A stretch of DNA of 44,667 nt from Candidatus Micrarchaeota archaeon. GTDB taxonomy: Archaea > Micrarchaeota > Micrarchaeia > Norongarragalinales > UBA8480. Where the stretch lies: the NCBI GenBank assembly GCA_021812145.1, contig JAKAOM010000001.1, positions 87,898 to 132,564 of the forward strand, in the 5' to 3' direction. The notes under the pieces were generated by a model. It made no database searches and had not been told where the DNA came from. It saw only the letters and a list, made by a program, of their open reading frames with translations. Positions within the stretch are counted from its first letter, which is position 1. Each line of letters begins with the position of its first letter. Shown here in pieces: positions 44,307 through 44,667 of this stretch. The position numbers and the translations under genes are program-made.

Positions 44307-44667
44307 ATGAGCTTGCAGGATTCATATTATAGTTTTATTTCTAATACTCCTTTGAAGGGTGTGGCGATTGCAATTGAAAAAAAGGGGATTCCCAGCTTTC
44401 CTGTTTTCATTGTGGTAGTGCTTCTGATTGTGGCTGGTTTGGGCTTTCTGGTTTTTTCTTTTGTTCAAAAGCCTGTTTCAAGCCAGAGTTTTGTGGTTTC
44501 TGTTCTTAGCGGGGGCGTTCCCGTAGCTAATGCAAGCGTAAGATTTTTAGGAGCTAATGGAGTTTTTTTAGGCAGCGGTTTAACTGACGCGAGCGGAACA
44601 GCTGTTTTTAACGGCAGTGGTGTTTTGACTGTTTATGTTGAGAAGAATGGTTTTCAGAGCGTTCAAG
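44307..44667 (+). CDS. Paralogous surface protein, N-terminal part only (runs off the window)
   Basis: MSLQDSYYSFISNTPLKGVAIAIEKKGIPSFPVFIVVVLLIVAGLGF...; first 62 nt identical to 38682-38743. Confidence 0.85.
   Translation, partial: MSLQDSYYSFISNTPLKGVAIAIEKKGIPSFPVFIVVVLLIVAGLGFLVFSFVQKPVSSQSFVVSVLSGGVPVANASVRFLGANGVFLGSGLTDASGTAVFNGSGVLTVYVEKNGFQSVQ

Noticed and set aside
1-44667. CRISPR array, transposase, integrase or provirus
   Set aside because: No regularly spaced repeats, recombinase motifs or duplicated tRNA 3' ends consistent with att sites were seen.

Overview
Compact archaeal chromosomal segment, most likely DPANN and plausibly Micrarchaeota (inferred from gene content, multi-intron tRNAs and giant surface proteins). 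Translation and RNA genes: truD (partial), aRF1, translin, argS, a short bacterial-type alaS, RNase P RNA, and the tRNA-Ser/rps13/rps4/rps11/rpoD/tRNA-Leu/rpl18e/rpl13/rps9/rpoN operon. Other content: a type IV pilus-like assembly locus whose ATPase carries a mini-intein, KaiC-like ATPases, an N-glycosylation/lipid-carrier cluster (aglB, GT2, uppS, GGR, PMM, dolichol kinase), two VapBC pairs and very large sequon-rich surface proteins. The strongest signal is in the tRNAs. Two apparently intact genes have A at the wobble position, tRNA-Leu(AAG) and tRNA-Pro(AGG), which is essentially absent in archaea, while tRNA-Ser keeps GGA. This suggests either an archaeal inosine-34 system or decoding by unmodified A34. 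Four of the six tRNAs carry BHB-type introns, three of them two each, including 14-17 nt T-loop micro-introns. All calls come from reading motifs by eye; no searches were run.
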